64,000 bases of DNA from Massalongia carnosa (taxonomy: Eukaryota), in assembly GCA_965645245.1 (NCBI GenBank), contig OZ287067.1, forward strand, positions 2,480,001-2,544,000, in the 5' to 3' direction. The stretch's first letter is position 1, and the number at the start of each line of letters is the position of its first letter. Shown in pieces: positions 35,601 to 47,711 of the stretch. The notes beneath the pieces are model-generated. The model did no database searches. It had not been told where the DNA came from and worked only from the letters and a program-made list of their open reading frames with translations. The position numbers and the translations under genes are program-made.

Positions 35601-37127
35601 TTAGAGCAATCAGTACTCGTACATGGAAGTAAAAAGTCTTCAATTGTAAATTGCTTTCTCTCCCTCTCCCAGCTGCGCTGGTGCTTCACCTATGTACCGA
35701 TTTGCTGTAGCAGCTGAAGTGTTATTCTCATATCATCTTAATGGACTGCAGATGCCTGGAAAGCATAATCTGTAAGAATCTGGCTTCCTTGATTCTCTAT
35801 CTACTCGTCCGTAACAGAAGTCTGAAAATCTGCTTCACTAACGTGGAGGCCTTGCGAGGTAGCTCTAGTAAAAAAGGGGCACGTATCTATGGATTAGACA
35901 TGATAAGAGTTGCTTCAGATATGTTGCCAAATGATAATCGTCGCGGTCAATCTGCGTTTCCTTAGCGAGAAATCTGAATCGAGCATTGCTCTTGAGCTGA
36001 TGGCGAGGACTGTCAGCACTCTACAATAAGGAGGGCTACCAAGGAAATTCCCATATATCCAAAAGTAAAAACTCATCATTGAAAATATGGAAGTGAGGGA
36101 GGAACTTCGACACAATATTGAAAATTCTCTTATAATCTACTTCCACCATCCATATCTCCCCCATCCAGGCATCATGACGACGAGATCATTTCAGTAAACA
36201 GATCTCCATTGTCGTTTGTATGAAATGTAAACAGTCGACGCCCATGCCCAAGCCCGCCCCTACTACTCCTGGATAGCCCCCTTTACAATCTCACCCCCAT
36301 CTCCTCCACAAACTCGCCTCCTATATTCGAGTCCCTAGAAAACCAAGGGTTTGCCCATATGCACATTTGTATCCTTTACAATAAGATATCTAAGGTCTTA
36401 TATATTGATATCAGCACAACGTAGACACTTAACTACAAACACCAACGAGAGATGCAAGGAACTAGGTGAAAGGCCCTTGTCTCAATCATGTTCGTGCAGG
36501 TTTACCGTAATGCTCACAGCGGGTGAATCGAGAGTCAACTTTGGCTTCGTTATAGTCTAGTTGGCAAAGCTCTTGAGCTTTCATGAGCTACCTAGGTGGA
36601 CCACACATGGCGCGTCGACGAGGCTGCAAGAAGAATGCTTTGGGGGTGAAACCGTCGCACTCAAAGCGTAAGGAGTTGGTATCTTGACGCTGCTCGTGAA
36701 GCGAACGAATGATAGGGGAAGAAAGGATTTCTTGATCATATGCTGGGGAATATAAAGATTCCGATTATATAGATGAAAGCTGTTTTCATCGCTAAACTTA
36801 ACATAAGAGAACGAAGAGATAAGTCCTTTGGAGAGGTTGTTGGGAAGTACGATTTACTCCAGTGGAACCTACGAAGGAACTTGTCATCAGGAAGCAGAAT
36901 ATGTATATGAAAGATCAAAGCGAAAGGGCTCCGGTGAAGCACGGAAGGTTTTTGGCCAGCTCCTCTTGTTTTTACACATTTCAACTTTCATGGGTGTCCA
37001 ACATGTTATACAGCCCTATTGAATAGAAAGGTACTAGAATTTCCGCGGTTCAACCATTCCTTGCTTATCACGAAATCTCCATGCTCAGAAGAGACAAGAT
37101 CTCGTGGAAGGCATAGAGAATTCTTCT

Positions 37128-38104
37128 CTATTCATGAGTTTCTTTAGGCATTGGGTCGTAATTTGGCGCGAATTGCTGCAAGGGGTTCTTCTCGGTATAC
37201 TTTATGGACCCTTGACATTGTTCTCCCACATTCCCAAATCGTGGTTCCCATTTGAGGGACGCCAAAGCGGCTGCATCGATACTCGCGCGAACATTATCTT
37301 TTTTCTGAGTCCACCGATGCATCGTCAGCATTGAGGACGAATAGGCATTCGACGCCTCAAAGTCAAAAAATCTATGCCATAACCGAACTTACAATTAGAG
37401 AAATACAACAAGCAATTTTGCTGTTCTTATCACAAGAAGCTTGGATGACTAAATGACGCATCAGTTACAAGTCATATACGAGATTGCATAGTGCCAAGAA
37501 CATACAGGGCTCACACATAAATCTATAGTTGGCCAGTGAGTGTTTGCCGTCATTGCAACATAGCGGTCGATAGTTGGCGTTTTCGCATATGGTTGCAGAG
37601 GCCGTTATGGGCACGGCTTGTAGAGGTGAATCCGCAATGATGTCTTGGGGAGCGGTGGAATCGATTTGGCTGCTTTCAGAAAAGTCTGGAGTATGCGAGG
37701 TCGACAATAAAGTGTTCGCGAGAAGAGTGTTGCTGCCTTGAATGGGAGATAAGGAGGTGGAGTCTTTCAGCGTCGGGTTATTCTGAGCCCAGTCGTTGTT
37801 TTGAACGTTTGAATCCGAGCTAGCTAAAAGCAAGTTGTCATTTGGAAAAGCCTGTGTTCCAGGCTCCTGTGGTCGAGCGCCAGTCTTCTGCTGATGGAGT
37901 AATATCGCCTGAAGTGGTGGTTTGTCTAGTATCTGAACTAGCTAAGAGCCAGTCATTGATAACTGGGAGATCTTGAAACGACTGAGAATCGCCCGACAAC
38001 GTATCGGAACTGAAAGATGCTGCCTGGGGCAGAGGGTTCGCAATCACCACGGAGAGTGATAAGATTACAAGAGAAAACAGACGGCGAAAGTTGGTATACT
38101 CCAT
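37128..38104 (-). CDS. Secreted protein with Ser/Asp-rich linker and C-terminal 8-Cys hydrophobin-like domain; apparent frameshift at 37846-37849 (pseudogene or assembly error)
   Basis: Signal peptide MEYTNFRRLFSLVILSLSVVIANP; introns 37449-37505 and 37305-37392 join C-X8-CC-X13-C-X7-C-X7-CC-X33-C. Confidence 0.7.
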
Positions 38105-38959
38105 TTTAACAATAGAAATTTGACGTGCAAGACGACGAGATAGATGCAAACACGGGAGAATTCTCCAGAAAATCTATGGAGACAAGAAGTCGTGTTGTAT
38201 AGACTGTGATCGAACTCTTATCCTAAGCTCTCACAACCAGAAACGATGATTCCAACCATGCCGGTGTGCCGTTCGTGGCTGAATACAGTCGACGGAAACG
38301 AAACATGAAACATGTAGACGGTGAAAACGGGACACCCGCCAGGAAAATGGCAAGTCGTCAAGTCCAGGTTTAGGCAAAAGCGGAATTTAACCAGTCTGAC
38401 TTCTAGCTGCAAGTCAATTTGAGACTGATTACTTTCGGTCTCTGATCGACGATAGTGTGAGGAGTTTCTTCCGACTTTTGATGCTAAGCGTTCTTAAACA
38501 CGGCCGTTTGCCAACGAGTGACCGCATTGAAACATCCAACCACTCAAGAATGGGAAGGAAGTTTCCTGGCGTTTCAAAGACTCCAAACATGGGAAGCAAA
38601 CGTCTTTTCTGCTGGGATTGTAAAGAAACGAAAGTAACCTAGAAATCCGACAATTTGACGGCCCAAAGTAAATATCAAGTATCGTTCGTGGAAAACAATT
38701 TCAGCAGCCAATCACATGACATATATTCAAACCAGATTCTTCTTAAGCAAAAGCATCGACCTCAGAACATCATAAGAGAGGAAACTGAACAAGAAAAATC
38801 CCTCTAGTACAACCCGATTTTCATCTAACTATCAAGGCTCCTCAGCTATACTGCTCTGGTCTTTCTTTCTTCCATCCAATCTGTATGTCCATTGACGAAC
38901 AGCTCGCCGGCAGGTATGGACATATAAAACCACCAACCCTATCCAAAACTCAACCCCTA

Positions 38960-40872
38960 ACCGTGCGACCGAGGAAACCCCACCTTTGGTAGTGGACCGC
39001 ACCTGGAGCTACGCTCCAGGTGCGGCTCACCTCCATGACGTTATCATCTCCATGACGCATTTCTCAAACTATTTACATTATATCCATTGATTGACCCTTT
39101 TTAAAATGAAGCTATTCAAAATCAAAGGCTGACGTTCATCTATCCAGCTTTCGGCCTTTTTACCCACCAAGCCAAACCGTTTAGCTATCGCTTTTCCATA
39201 GAGAAATATTTTCTTTTGTCTAGCCGTCTCAGCACGCTTTTGACGACCCTCCTCCCTTTCCACCTCTTCTTGGGTACGATGTAGGTGATTGTGCCTCACA
39301 TCTCGAACGGTAACGATTCCTCCCTTCTGAACAACGGTGCCAGCAAGCTTTTTTCGGGCCCTTTTAGCTAATGCAGCTGTGTGTGTGGCTTGCAAGTCGC
39401 GTTGCGTCAATTCTAGTAAATTAGCGTTTGCAACCGACCCTTTGATAAAACGTCGCATTCTTTCTGGAGTAATTTCTTCATTATTATTCATTCGCTGAAT
39501 AATGTTTTCCCCTTCCTTAGCAACGTCTTTGGGCTTTTTGGGGGTATGAGGTAGGATTATTGTCTCCGAAGATGATATTGGTAGTGGTGGTAATGCCGGA
39601 TTTAAAGCACGAATTTTGGTCAAGACTACCTCCGGATTGTAAGGTGTCAACCCAGTTTTTTCCCAGGCTGATTTGATAGTAGATGATTTGAATGCCTTTG
39701 TACGAAATTGATTGAATGCGGCCAGAAAATCCAGAGGATTGAAGTCAACGTCACCCAACCGAATGGCGTTGTCAACCGCTTCAGCATGATAATGTTTCAT
39801 TGGCTGAAAACACCAGCGTCTAATGGCTGCGTCAAATGGGTTGAATGGGGGGTAATCTGAATAAACAGATCTTATTTTCTTTCGAATATTCCCAAAATTC
39901 ATACGTTAGATGAGATCCATATCCATCGAACAAAAGAAACATAAACGCTCCTTTTTGAACCTTTTTTGAATGAGCATTAAAATGCTTTAACCACTCTAAT
40001 GCTAGAAAATCATTTGAATAGCCGCTATCGCTTGTAGTCAACACGATATCATCTTTCAAATCATTCTCTAAGGCTTATTTGTGAAGTATGTTAACCCCTT
40101 TCAAAATCAAAAAGGATAGAACGCTTCCGCCAACTCCATTGATGCATTCGACCGATGTTATATAGTCTCGATTGTCTGGATCAGCGATCATAATTAGTTT
40201 ATGTGATGATAGTGTCATCACCAAATAGGTTACCCCACAGCCAACTCGAAAGCCTGTCTCATCCATATTCCATATATCATCTGGAGTTATACCAAGAAGG
40301 GCTACAGTCGATTGAAATGAAGAGAGATAAGTTTGAATATCCGAAACATTGTGAGCGTTTTTCCTTTCGGCTGCTAAAGGCTTGCCTTTTTGCATGAAAA
40401 ATTGGGGATTTCTTTTCAAGAATCGTCCGGTCCAGCAATTTCCTACGCGGGTGAGAGAAGATGAAGACGAGGAAGGATGTTGCAATTGCAACAAATAATT
40501 AGCTGCACCGCGAATCAATGGCAATCTCATTGATAATTCAATATCACAAGAAATTCAATATACTCCTTCAGGGCTAGTTCTAGTGCAGCAGACAGCCTCA
40601 TATTGACTGCTTTTCGCTTGCTATATCCATGTAGTCTTCTTTGAAATAAGACGAGGTGAAATATCGAATTCATTGGCACAGGCTGCGGCTGATTTGTATG
40701 TGTTCTTTGCAAATGCATCTAAGGCCTTTGCAATGTTAGCCTCTCGTTTCTTGTACGAATCAGACATGATGTGGTTGAATAATAAATGGTTGATGATAGA
40801 TGATAGAAATTTTTTAAAAATGCGTCATGGAGATGATAGCGTCATGGAGGTGAGCTGCTCTGCTCGCACGGT
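38960..40872 (-). mobile_element. Inactivated pogo/Fot1-family DNA transposon with TA TSD
   Basis: TA at 38958-38959 and 40873-40874; TIR ACCGTGCGA..GCTCACCTCCATGACGyTATCATCTCCATGACGCATTT with internal CTCCATGACG direct repeat; transposase fragments IWNMDETGFRVG, SGYSND, LLFDGYGSH, CFQPMKHY. Confidence 0.92.
39078..40767 (-). pseudogene. pogo/Fot1 transposase (HTH-CENPB + DDE_1) broken by frameshifts and a stop
   Basis: Four ORF pieces (40527-40718, 40075-40530, 39832-40059, 39078-39902) in shifted frames; TAA at 40075-40077 at an expected Trp position (LHK*). Confidence 0.88.
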
Positions 40873-41606
40873 TACCCCTATTCCGAAAGAAACTAAACCG
40901 CCTATTCTCTACTCATTCCATTCCATTCCACTCCATTCATGCCTTCTCCCCCCCCGGTGGTCGTAGATAGTCGTGCTGATGTTATGGCCTTGATAAGGAG
41001 GGGTTTTGGAGAGAAACACGGTGGAGCTGCCTTCACAGTTCAATTGTTCTGTTTTTAGGGGTTTTGGTCTAGGGAAACAAAATTGAACCCAGGTTTTCTC
41101 ATTTCTTCTGATTCTATTTTATAATAAAACGAAACTGCGGTTTCTGAGAGTTAGCAGGGGAAATGATGGAGATAATGGGGCGTTCCTTGCTCATGCTTTC
41201 GAGCTCGGAGGCGGGAGGCACTCCGTGCTGTGTGACAAATCTCCAACAAAACATCATCAGTTTATTTTTCCAAACTCTCAACTTTACAATAACAACGCAT
41301 CATTGTACCATTACAAACTAATATCCTATGAAGCGCGACTATCAAGAAAACAGTTTCAAAATAACAACCCCTTGAGAGAACAATATGTGAAAATGTCTTT
41401 ACCGTACAAACTACAGTGGCACACTGTGCCATTAATGATTGACCCTACACACACGGGAATGCGAGCGGCAGACATTTGTTTCAGACCAAGGGAGGAGGGA
41501 AGAAGCCCAAGGAAAACACATACATACCTTCGGGGTTTCGGTTCGGTTTCTTTCCCGTTCTTATTCATGCCCACTTAGCTGACTCGTTTCCTCTGGTGTT
41601 TTCATC

Positions 41607-42712
41607 ATGAGACAAATGATCACGATACTAACGGGGGCGATCTTGACCGTAATCGCGACTGCGTCTGATGACAGCTCGAATTTCGTCTCGGATCCTCAGG
41701 TCTTCGATGGGAACACCGTCTCCAATGACCCTGTCAGCTTCCTTACTGGAGACCTGGCGACCGCTGCGCCCCGCAAACAATGCCCGCCTGCTGCTGCTGA
41801 TGGCCTTGGCGACAAAACCTCCTCACCCAGCCGCAGAGCAGCGCGACGAGTACGGCCAAGAGCAGAAGGCCCCCGGTGCGATGTTCAGGACGCTACTCCG
41901 CAGCCAGCGCCATACACGGATATTTACAATCAGAACGACATGCTCAACCTGCTATCCCCCCCGGTGTTGCCCAAACCCGCGCTTCCCACAATCTCGGACC
42001 CGACGAAGAAACAGAGCGACGACATCTCCAAGCTAGAGAGACTGTTCCAGCTTCCGAGTTATGACCCGACGGCAAACACGAACAGTGACGAAGAGGAAGA
42101 CCTTTGCCCCCGGAAGTTAGTGGGCGATTCGCAAATTCCCGTTTGTTTTTCTGAAATTGGGAGGGATGCGTTGAGGCTTCCGAGACAGGATTTTTATACC
42201 CTGTATAATGTTCGACTGCGTATGTCCAACTAACATTCCATCTTTCCACAACTATTGCCATAAATATGTGTGCACTCTCAGCTGACCCCATGAAAAATAT
42301 TACACGGTCTTCTAGATGCAAAAATTGCTCTATGCAAAAGACCGGAAAGACTCTGGTGTTGCAAGCGCGTTATGCTGGCGGTAAGCAAATACCCTAAGCC
42401 CATCCCAATGCTCATCATAGTTATCATTTCCCCCCTCGCGATTATTTCCCGACTGATTGGGGGAAAAAATGTTTATATCTATCTACATATAGCGGCATCC
42501 CAAATACCCTGTAAGTTTGTCTCTATCTAGAACGAAAAAGGAAAAATGCTAGAACAAAGAATTGACCGAACGATCAGCCAGAAGCTCCCAAGGTTCTCAC
42601 CGGTTTTGTATGCCTCAATCCGGAGATGGAGGCCTTTTATCGAGAATTTAACGTGGTTGATGAATGGGCCGACGACCCATCGAAAGATCCGGGGAAGCCT
42701 TTGGGCGAGTAG
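41607..42712 (+). CDS. Secreted protein with acidic/Pro linker and 6-Cys variant of the hydrophobin-like domain (introns 42220-42315, 42381-42492, 42511-42577)
   Basis: Signal peptide MRQMITILTGAILTVIATA; spliced C-terminus CPRKLVGDSQIPVCF..YNVRLHAKIALCKRPERLWCCKRVMLARHPKYPPEAPKVLTGFVC..; all three GT..AG introns keep frame to TAG 42710-42712. Confidence 0.7.
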
Positions 42713-42960
42713 GATTGTTTGTTTTGGGGGGGGTGGGGGGGGTTTAAGTTTGCATTGCGAGATACTTGCGAGGAGATGAGGTTATAATAATGGTTAAAAG
42801 GAATATAATCCCATCGAATGAAAAATTATACCAAAAAAAAAAACATTGACAATATACCGTACATCTTCCCCCCCCTCCCCCCCAAAAGGAAACCACCCGG
42901 GAACTAACAAATCCCCATCCCATCCAATCTTTCGAATTTCAGAAAAATCGTCGCTTTACC

Positions 42961-42986
42961 AAAAAAAAAAAAAAAAAAAAAAAAAA
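42961..42986. repeat. Poly(A) tract in low-complexity intergenic DNA
   Basis: 26 consecutive A. Confidence 0.9.
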
Positions 42987-43578
42987 CCCCTCCTCAACCA
43001 ATCATTGAACCCCCATCCCCATCTCGTCCAGCACGAAAGCTGAAGGACCCGATTCCCAAATCCTAGTTTCGGCTCATATATAAATACGCACTCCAACAAA
43101 ACACGCCGCTGCCAACGAAACGGTTCCAAGAAGAAGAAAAAATACGGCGAGAAAGAATCGTCTGGAGGAGGGGGAAAAAGAAAAAAAAAGAAGCAAGAAG
43201 AGGAGTTTGGAACTACAACGAGAGGCGCGAAAGTCGGTAGATTAGGCAGAAGGTGGGTGGGGACAGATATGGGAATTTGATTGGGAAAGGTCGAGAGGGA
43301 GGGGGATGGAGGAAGATCGTCAATTCTGAGTGGCGAGGGGGGGGGGGCGTAAAGTCGAGATATGCTTTCGACGTTTCAGTTGGTTGGGGAAATATTTTTG
43401 ATTTGGATTGTCGCATTTGTAAAGGGGTAACTAACCTTTCGAACTGCGTCGGAAGGGGGAGGGGAGGAGAGGGGATTCTTGGCTTTTGGTACTATAAATA
43501 TATAGTTTCTCGCGGCCCTGCTTCCAAGGGGAAATCAGCTCCGCCCCCCCCCCCCCCCTCTCCGGACCGGAATCCAAG

Positions 43579-46067
43579 CTACGCAACCTTTCCGTTGCCG
43601 AAACGCTTCGCGAACAGACCGAGCGCCTTGATGGGGAAGATGTGCTTGTAGTTCGGGTAAGAAATCATGCTGCCCCCTCCCCGGGTCACGATCAGCCGCG
43701 GCCATCCACATGCTCTCCAAAATCCCCAAAAATGGCAACGAACAGGGGTCAGGAAACTCAAGAAACTTACCAGCTCTTGTTGAACACGCCCTCGATAGCC
43801 TCCTGCTCCCACTCTCCACGCGCTCCCTGTCGTCCCATGACTAACCGCACAGCGTTCTCCAGCGGCGCCCTTTCGGGAAACCCCGCTTCCAACAAGCCGA
43901 TCAGCGCCCAGCACGTCTGCACGACCTGGCTGTGGGCGTGGGGCGTGTACACGCCGCTCTCGCAGCTTTTGTAGCTCTCGCCCCAGCCCCCGTCGCTCAT
44001 CTGCTTGCCGAGGAGGAACTCGCAGGCTTTCTGCACGCGTGCGCTGGTTGCGTACGTCTCGCCCACGGACGCTAGTGCCTCGAGCGCGAACATTCCCGCG
44101 TACGTGAAGCAGATGCCCCAGCTGCCATACCAAGAGCCATCGGCTCGCTGGGCTTTGCGGATATATTCTAGAGCGCCGGATTTGGCCTGGGCGATGTTTT
44201 CTACGCGGTAATGGGGGTAATGGCTTGAGAATAGAGATAGCGCTGTCACGACGGCGGTAGTACACTCAGGATAGTCATATTCCACCATGATCCTGCCGAA
44301 TACCTCGGCTGCATTGAGGTGCTCCATATACTCTGAGCCTCGTGTCGGTTCATAACTCGCGAACCCGCCGGATGCATTTTGCATGGTCAAAAGCGTATCG
44401 ATTGCATCGTGAATCCGTTCGTCAGAGACCAGCGTCGGAAATCCGGGGAGGGTCTGGAGCATGATGACGGATTTCAATGCTTCGCTCGTGCAGTCACTGA
44501 CTGTGTAGCCCTGCTCACGCGTGCTAAACGCCCATGCGCCCTTTCGTCGTTGGCGATAGCAGATGTCTTGTTGCCTACAGTCCTCTCGAATCTGCTGATC
44601 ATCCAAAAATTCCAGGGCTTTGATCAACATTGGCCGCCACTGTGAGTCTTCCGCTAACCCAGCCTCCACAACTGCCTGTATCAAGAACGCTGTGTCCCAT
44701 GTTTGCACACCGTTGGTACCATTCATGAGCATGCCTTCATTTTTCATCCACAAAAAGTCATGCATGCGTTCCCGGTGACGCTTCACCGAGTAGCTGCCTT
44801 CTCCGTCTTGAATGTAGCAGGCCAAAAAATTCATTGGCGCATTTACAGGGCCAAGGTTGGCGTAATCGGTATTTTCATCCTCGCGTTGAATCAGGTCAAA
44901 CGTCCATTCTTCTGCTCGCTTGACGATGGGGGGCGTTCGAAGGTAAGGATACCAAACATTTACAAGCGCCCAGTTGATTGTGCGGAGGATAAAACTCTTA
45001 GGGTGATAGTTGTCTTGCGGCGAGATGCTGTTACGGTGCGAGGCGAAATTAATGGACGAGTATGGCTTGATGTACAGCTCTTCTCGCAGTTGGCAGGTCA
45101 ATGGGGTCAGGGGAAAGGAAAAGCGCTTGGAAGCAATGAACGACATTGGCAGGAAGACGTGGCGCATATGTATCCACCAGCGCCAGGGGGCAAATGGCAC
45201 CCAGTCTGGTAGGAGCCTGTGGAACGTTAGCTTAGAAATATCCCCAGCCTCCTGTAAATTCGCAAAATTTACCATAGCTCTGGAGGCACAGGATTCACCG
45301 CATCCCACTCCATTACTCCTAGCACGCTCAACCAGAATTTCGCCCAGTGAGGCCCATTGACCGCGCCACCCAGCCGATGAAGCATTCCCCGTGCCTTGAT
45401 CAACCTCTCATCTTCCTCCCTGGCCCCCAAAAGCCTCAAAACGACGTAATTCATAGACGTCCCAAACACACTACTATGCCCCTCAATGTGCAAGCCCCAC
45501 CCACCATCCTCCCGGTTCTGCCGAGCGAACAGATATCGTTTAATCTCTGTTGCGATAGGCGCTGGCACCGCTGTTTCCGTGACGTACCATGCGATAACAA
45601 GCCCGGGCAGCAGGAACATGGGCCCGCCGTATTCGCAAGCCCAGTTCCCGGGGGGCAGCTGTAGGTGCGAGAAGAAAGCGACGGCATTGGATGCAGAGGC
45701 CAGAGGTGTCTCAGCGCGGGGGAGTATGGGCAAATCCTATAAATCCTCCGGCTGCGTCAGTCTCGACTCTCGGCCCAGATCGGCTTGCGTGCAATCGCTC
45801 AAGATGCGAATGTAGTCTTTATCTTTTTCTCACCAGCGGAAGGCTCAGATGGTACCGGTCAGCTATAGTCTGCGGCCACGCCTTGAAATCGTTGTCTGTG
45901 GTCATGTAGTGCCAGGTCTGGCGGCCTCGTTCGTCAAGAAGCCGCCATCGGTGTAAATCGGTGGGTTCATCGAGCTCGATGGCATTGATGCAGACATCGC
46001 TATTGCGCTGCTTTCCGTCATTGGTTGGCTTCTCGTCAAGGGCCGCTTGCTTGCGCTGTATTGCCAT
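43579..46067 (-). CDS. ERG7: Lanosterol synthase (oxidosqualene cyclase), 4 exons
   Basis: WRLLDERGRQTW, CEYGGPMFLLPG, QW repeats (QNREDGGWG, QRADGSWYGSWG, QMSDGGWGES), MNGTNGVQTWD and GYTVSDCTSE (catalytic Asp, with the lanosterol-type Thr and Val). Confidence 0.96.
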
Positions 46068-46571
46068 TACTAGGTTTGTTCAGGTACAGTGGGTAGGATA
46101 TTGGTGGTTACATGTTCAAATCATTATGTAGGGTTGTTATCGGCTTGGATGCGTGGGCTTGGCGAGCTTCAAAGAATCCTCCCGACTACAGGACTCCTGA
46201 AAAGGGGCTCCCGTATACATATGCCCACTTTTTTAATCTGGCTTAGAAGAAAACACATTCCGAACACACCATGAAAAGTCAAGTGTTTTCATTTGCTAGA
46301 CAATGCAACTGACAAGTTTGAATGCTTTAAGACCGAGTCTTATTACAACAACTCGGGGACGTTTCCACATTGACCCCCCCGCCCCAGATAAACTCCGTGG
46401 AGCCAAGATTATTGGATCTCGTCCTATAGAATATTCCTCAGACGAGGCGTTTATAAAATGAGAAATGCCACCCTCAAATTAATGCCACACCATTGTATGT
46501 GTACCGGTACCTTGCTCGCTATCCCGTAACCCTAACCCTGCAGCCGGACCTCTCTCAAAGCTGGCCGTCGA

Positions 46572-47711
46572 TCAATCGCTCAAATCCGGATTCAGGACGT
46601 AGAGCCTGCCCCCGCCCAATCCACCCATGGTGTTTGACCTTTCATCCACGCTGCCCCTGCGCTTCAGGTCCTCTTTGCTTTTCCCCACGTCTTTGTTGGC
46701 CGAAGGCCCTTTCATCTGCCCGATGCTGCCGAAGCTAGACTCTCGCTCCGGCGAGCTCCCGCTTCCCTCCTGACCAGAGCCGTGCGAGAAGTAGTCTCCC
46801 TGGGGTCGTTTCAGGTTATTTCCCTGGACGGGTGTCTCCTCCAGCTCCGGGATGTCACCATTGGGGCTACTTTGCACACTCGCTCGAGCGCTTCCTTGAC
46901 TGTATCGATTCGACTGTCTTTGACTGGCGGCCGTTAGCCATTTGTTGCTTCCCATCGAGCTCCGGCCGCTGTCGTTTCTTTGGTGACTAGTATTCCTCAG
47001 GCTATCCGCATCATCCCGCATATTCTCCTCGTCACCCACTTCAGTCGCGCTCAGACGCATCGGAACCCCTCCTCCCACCATGTTTGGGTAACTATATCCA
47101 GACGCCTTTGGGATACCGTGATGACGAATTTTGCTTCTCACCCCTAGACTCCCGTTTCCCATGCTGCCGCTCGTGCTCGTTCTTCCCTCCATGTTACCGC
47201 CGCTAATTTCCCTCGCTGCTCGCATCTTGGCAGCCTTTTGCTGCGCTAAGATTCGTGGGTCTTCATACTGCGCTCGATCACACCACACCGTAGCCTTTTG
47301 TTTTCGCATTAGCGCGACGTATCTTGACGGTGATATCGACGATCCCGATCGGGAGGAGGCTGTACGACTAAGGTTGGAGGAGTTGGTCGAAGGATTGCGG
47401 GTGGGAACGGCGGTCGTATTCGTGGTAAACGACGTTGCATTTGAAGGAGTGCGACGATTAGCAGTTCCTCCGTTGTTGTAATATGGTGATGATGAGGTGG
47501 AGGTCGATGGTGGCATGCCTGCTCGAGGAGCCATTGAAGAGGAAGGTGTGCCTACCGTCCCCTGGTATTCCGGGGGTGAGCAGTCATTGTTGGAGACCAT
47601 CGATTGCCTGAGTGGAGGTTCGCTGCTGCTTGCGGGAAGATGAGGGGCGGCCACGGCTTTTCGAGGAGGGAATTGAAAGCCACCAGACCCACGGAAATCG
47701 ACCATCGCCAT
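46572..47711 (-). CDS. Conserved-looking Ser/Gly-rich fungal hypothetical protein
   Basis: 379-aa ATG-initiated ORF with YVALMRKQKATVWCDRAQ core and LYVLNPD C-terminus. Confidence 0.75.
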   Translation of the reverse strand: MAMVDFRGSGGFQFPPRKAVAAPHLPASSSEPPLRQSMVSNNDCSPPEYQGTVGTPSSSMAPRAGMPPSTSTSSSPYYNNGGTANRRTPSNATSFTTNTTAVPTRNPSTNSSNLSRTASSRSGSSISPSRYVALMRKQKATVWCDRAQYEDPRILAQQKAAKMRAAREISGGNMEGRTSTSGSMGNGSLGVRSKIRHHGIPKASGYSYPNMVGGGVPMRLSATEVGDEENMRDDADSLRNTSHQRNDSGRSSMGSNKWLTAASQRQSNRYSQGSARASVQSSPNGDIPELEETPVQGNNLKRPQGDYFSHGSGQEGSGSSPERESSFGSIGQMKGPSANKDVGKSKEDLKRRGSVDERSNTMGGLGGGRLYVLNPDLSD

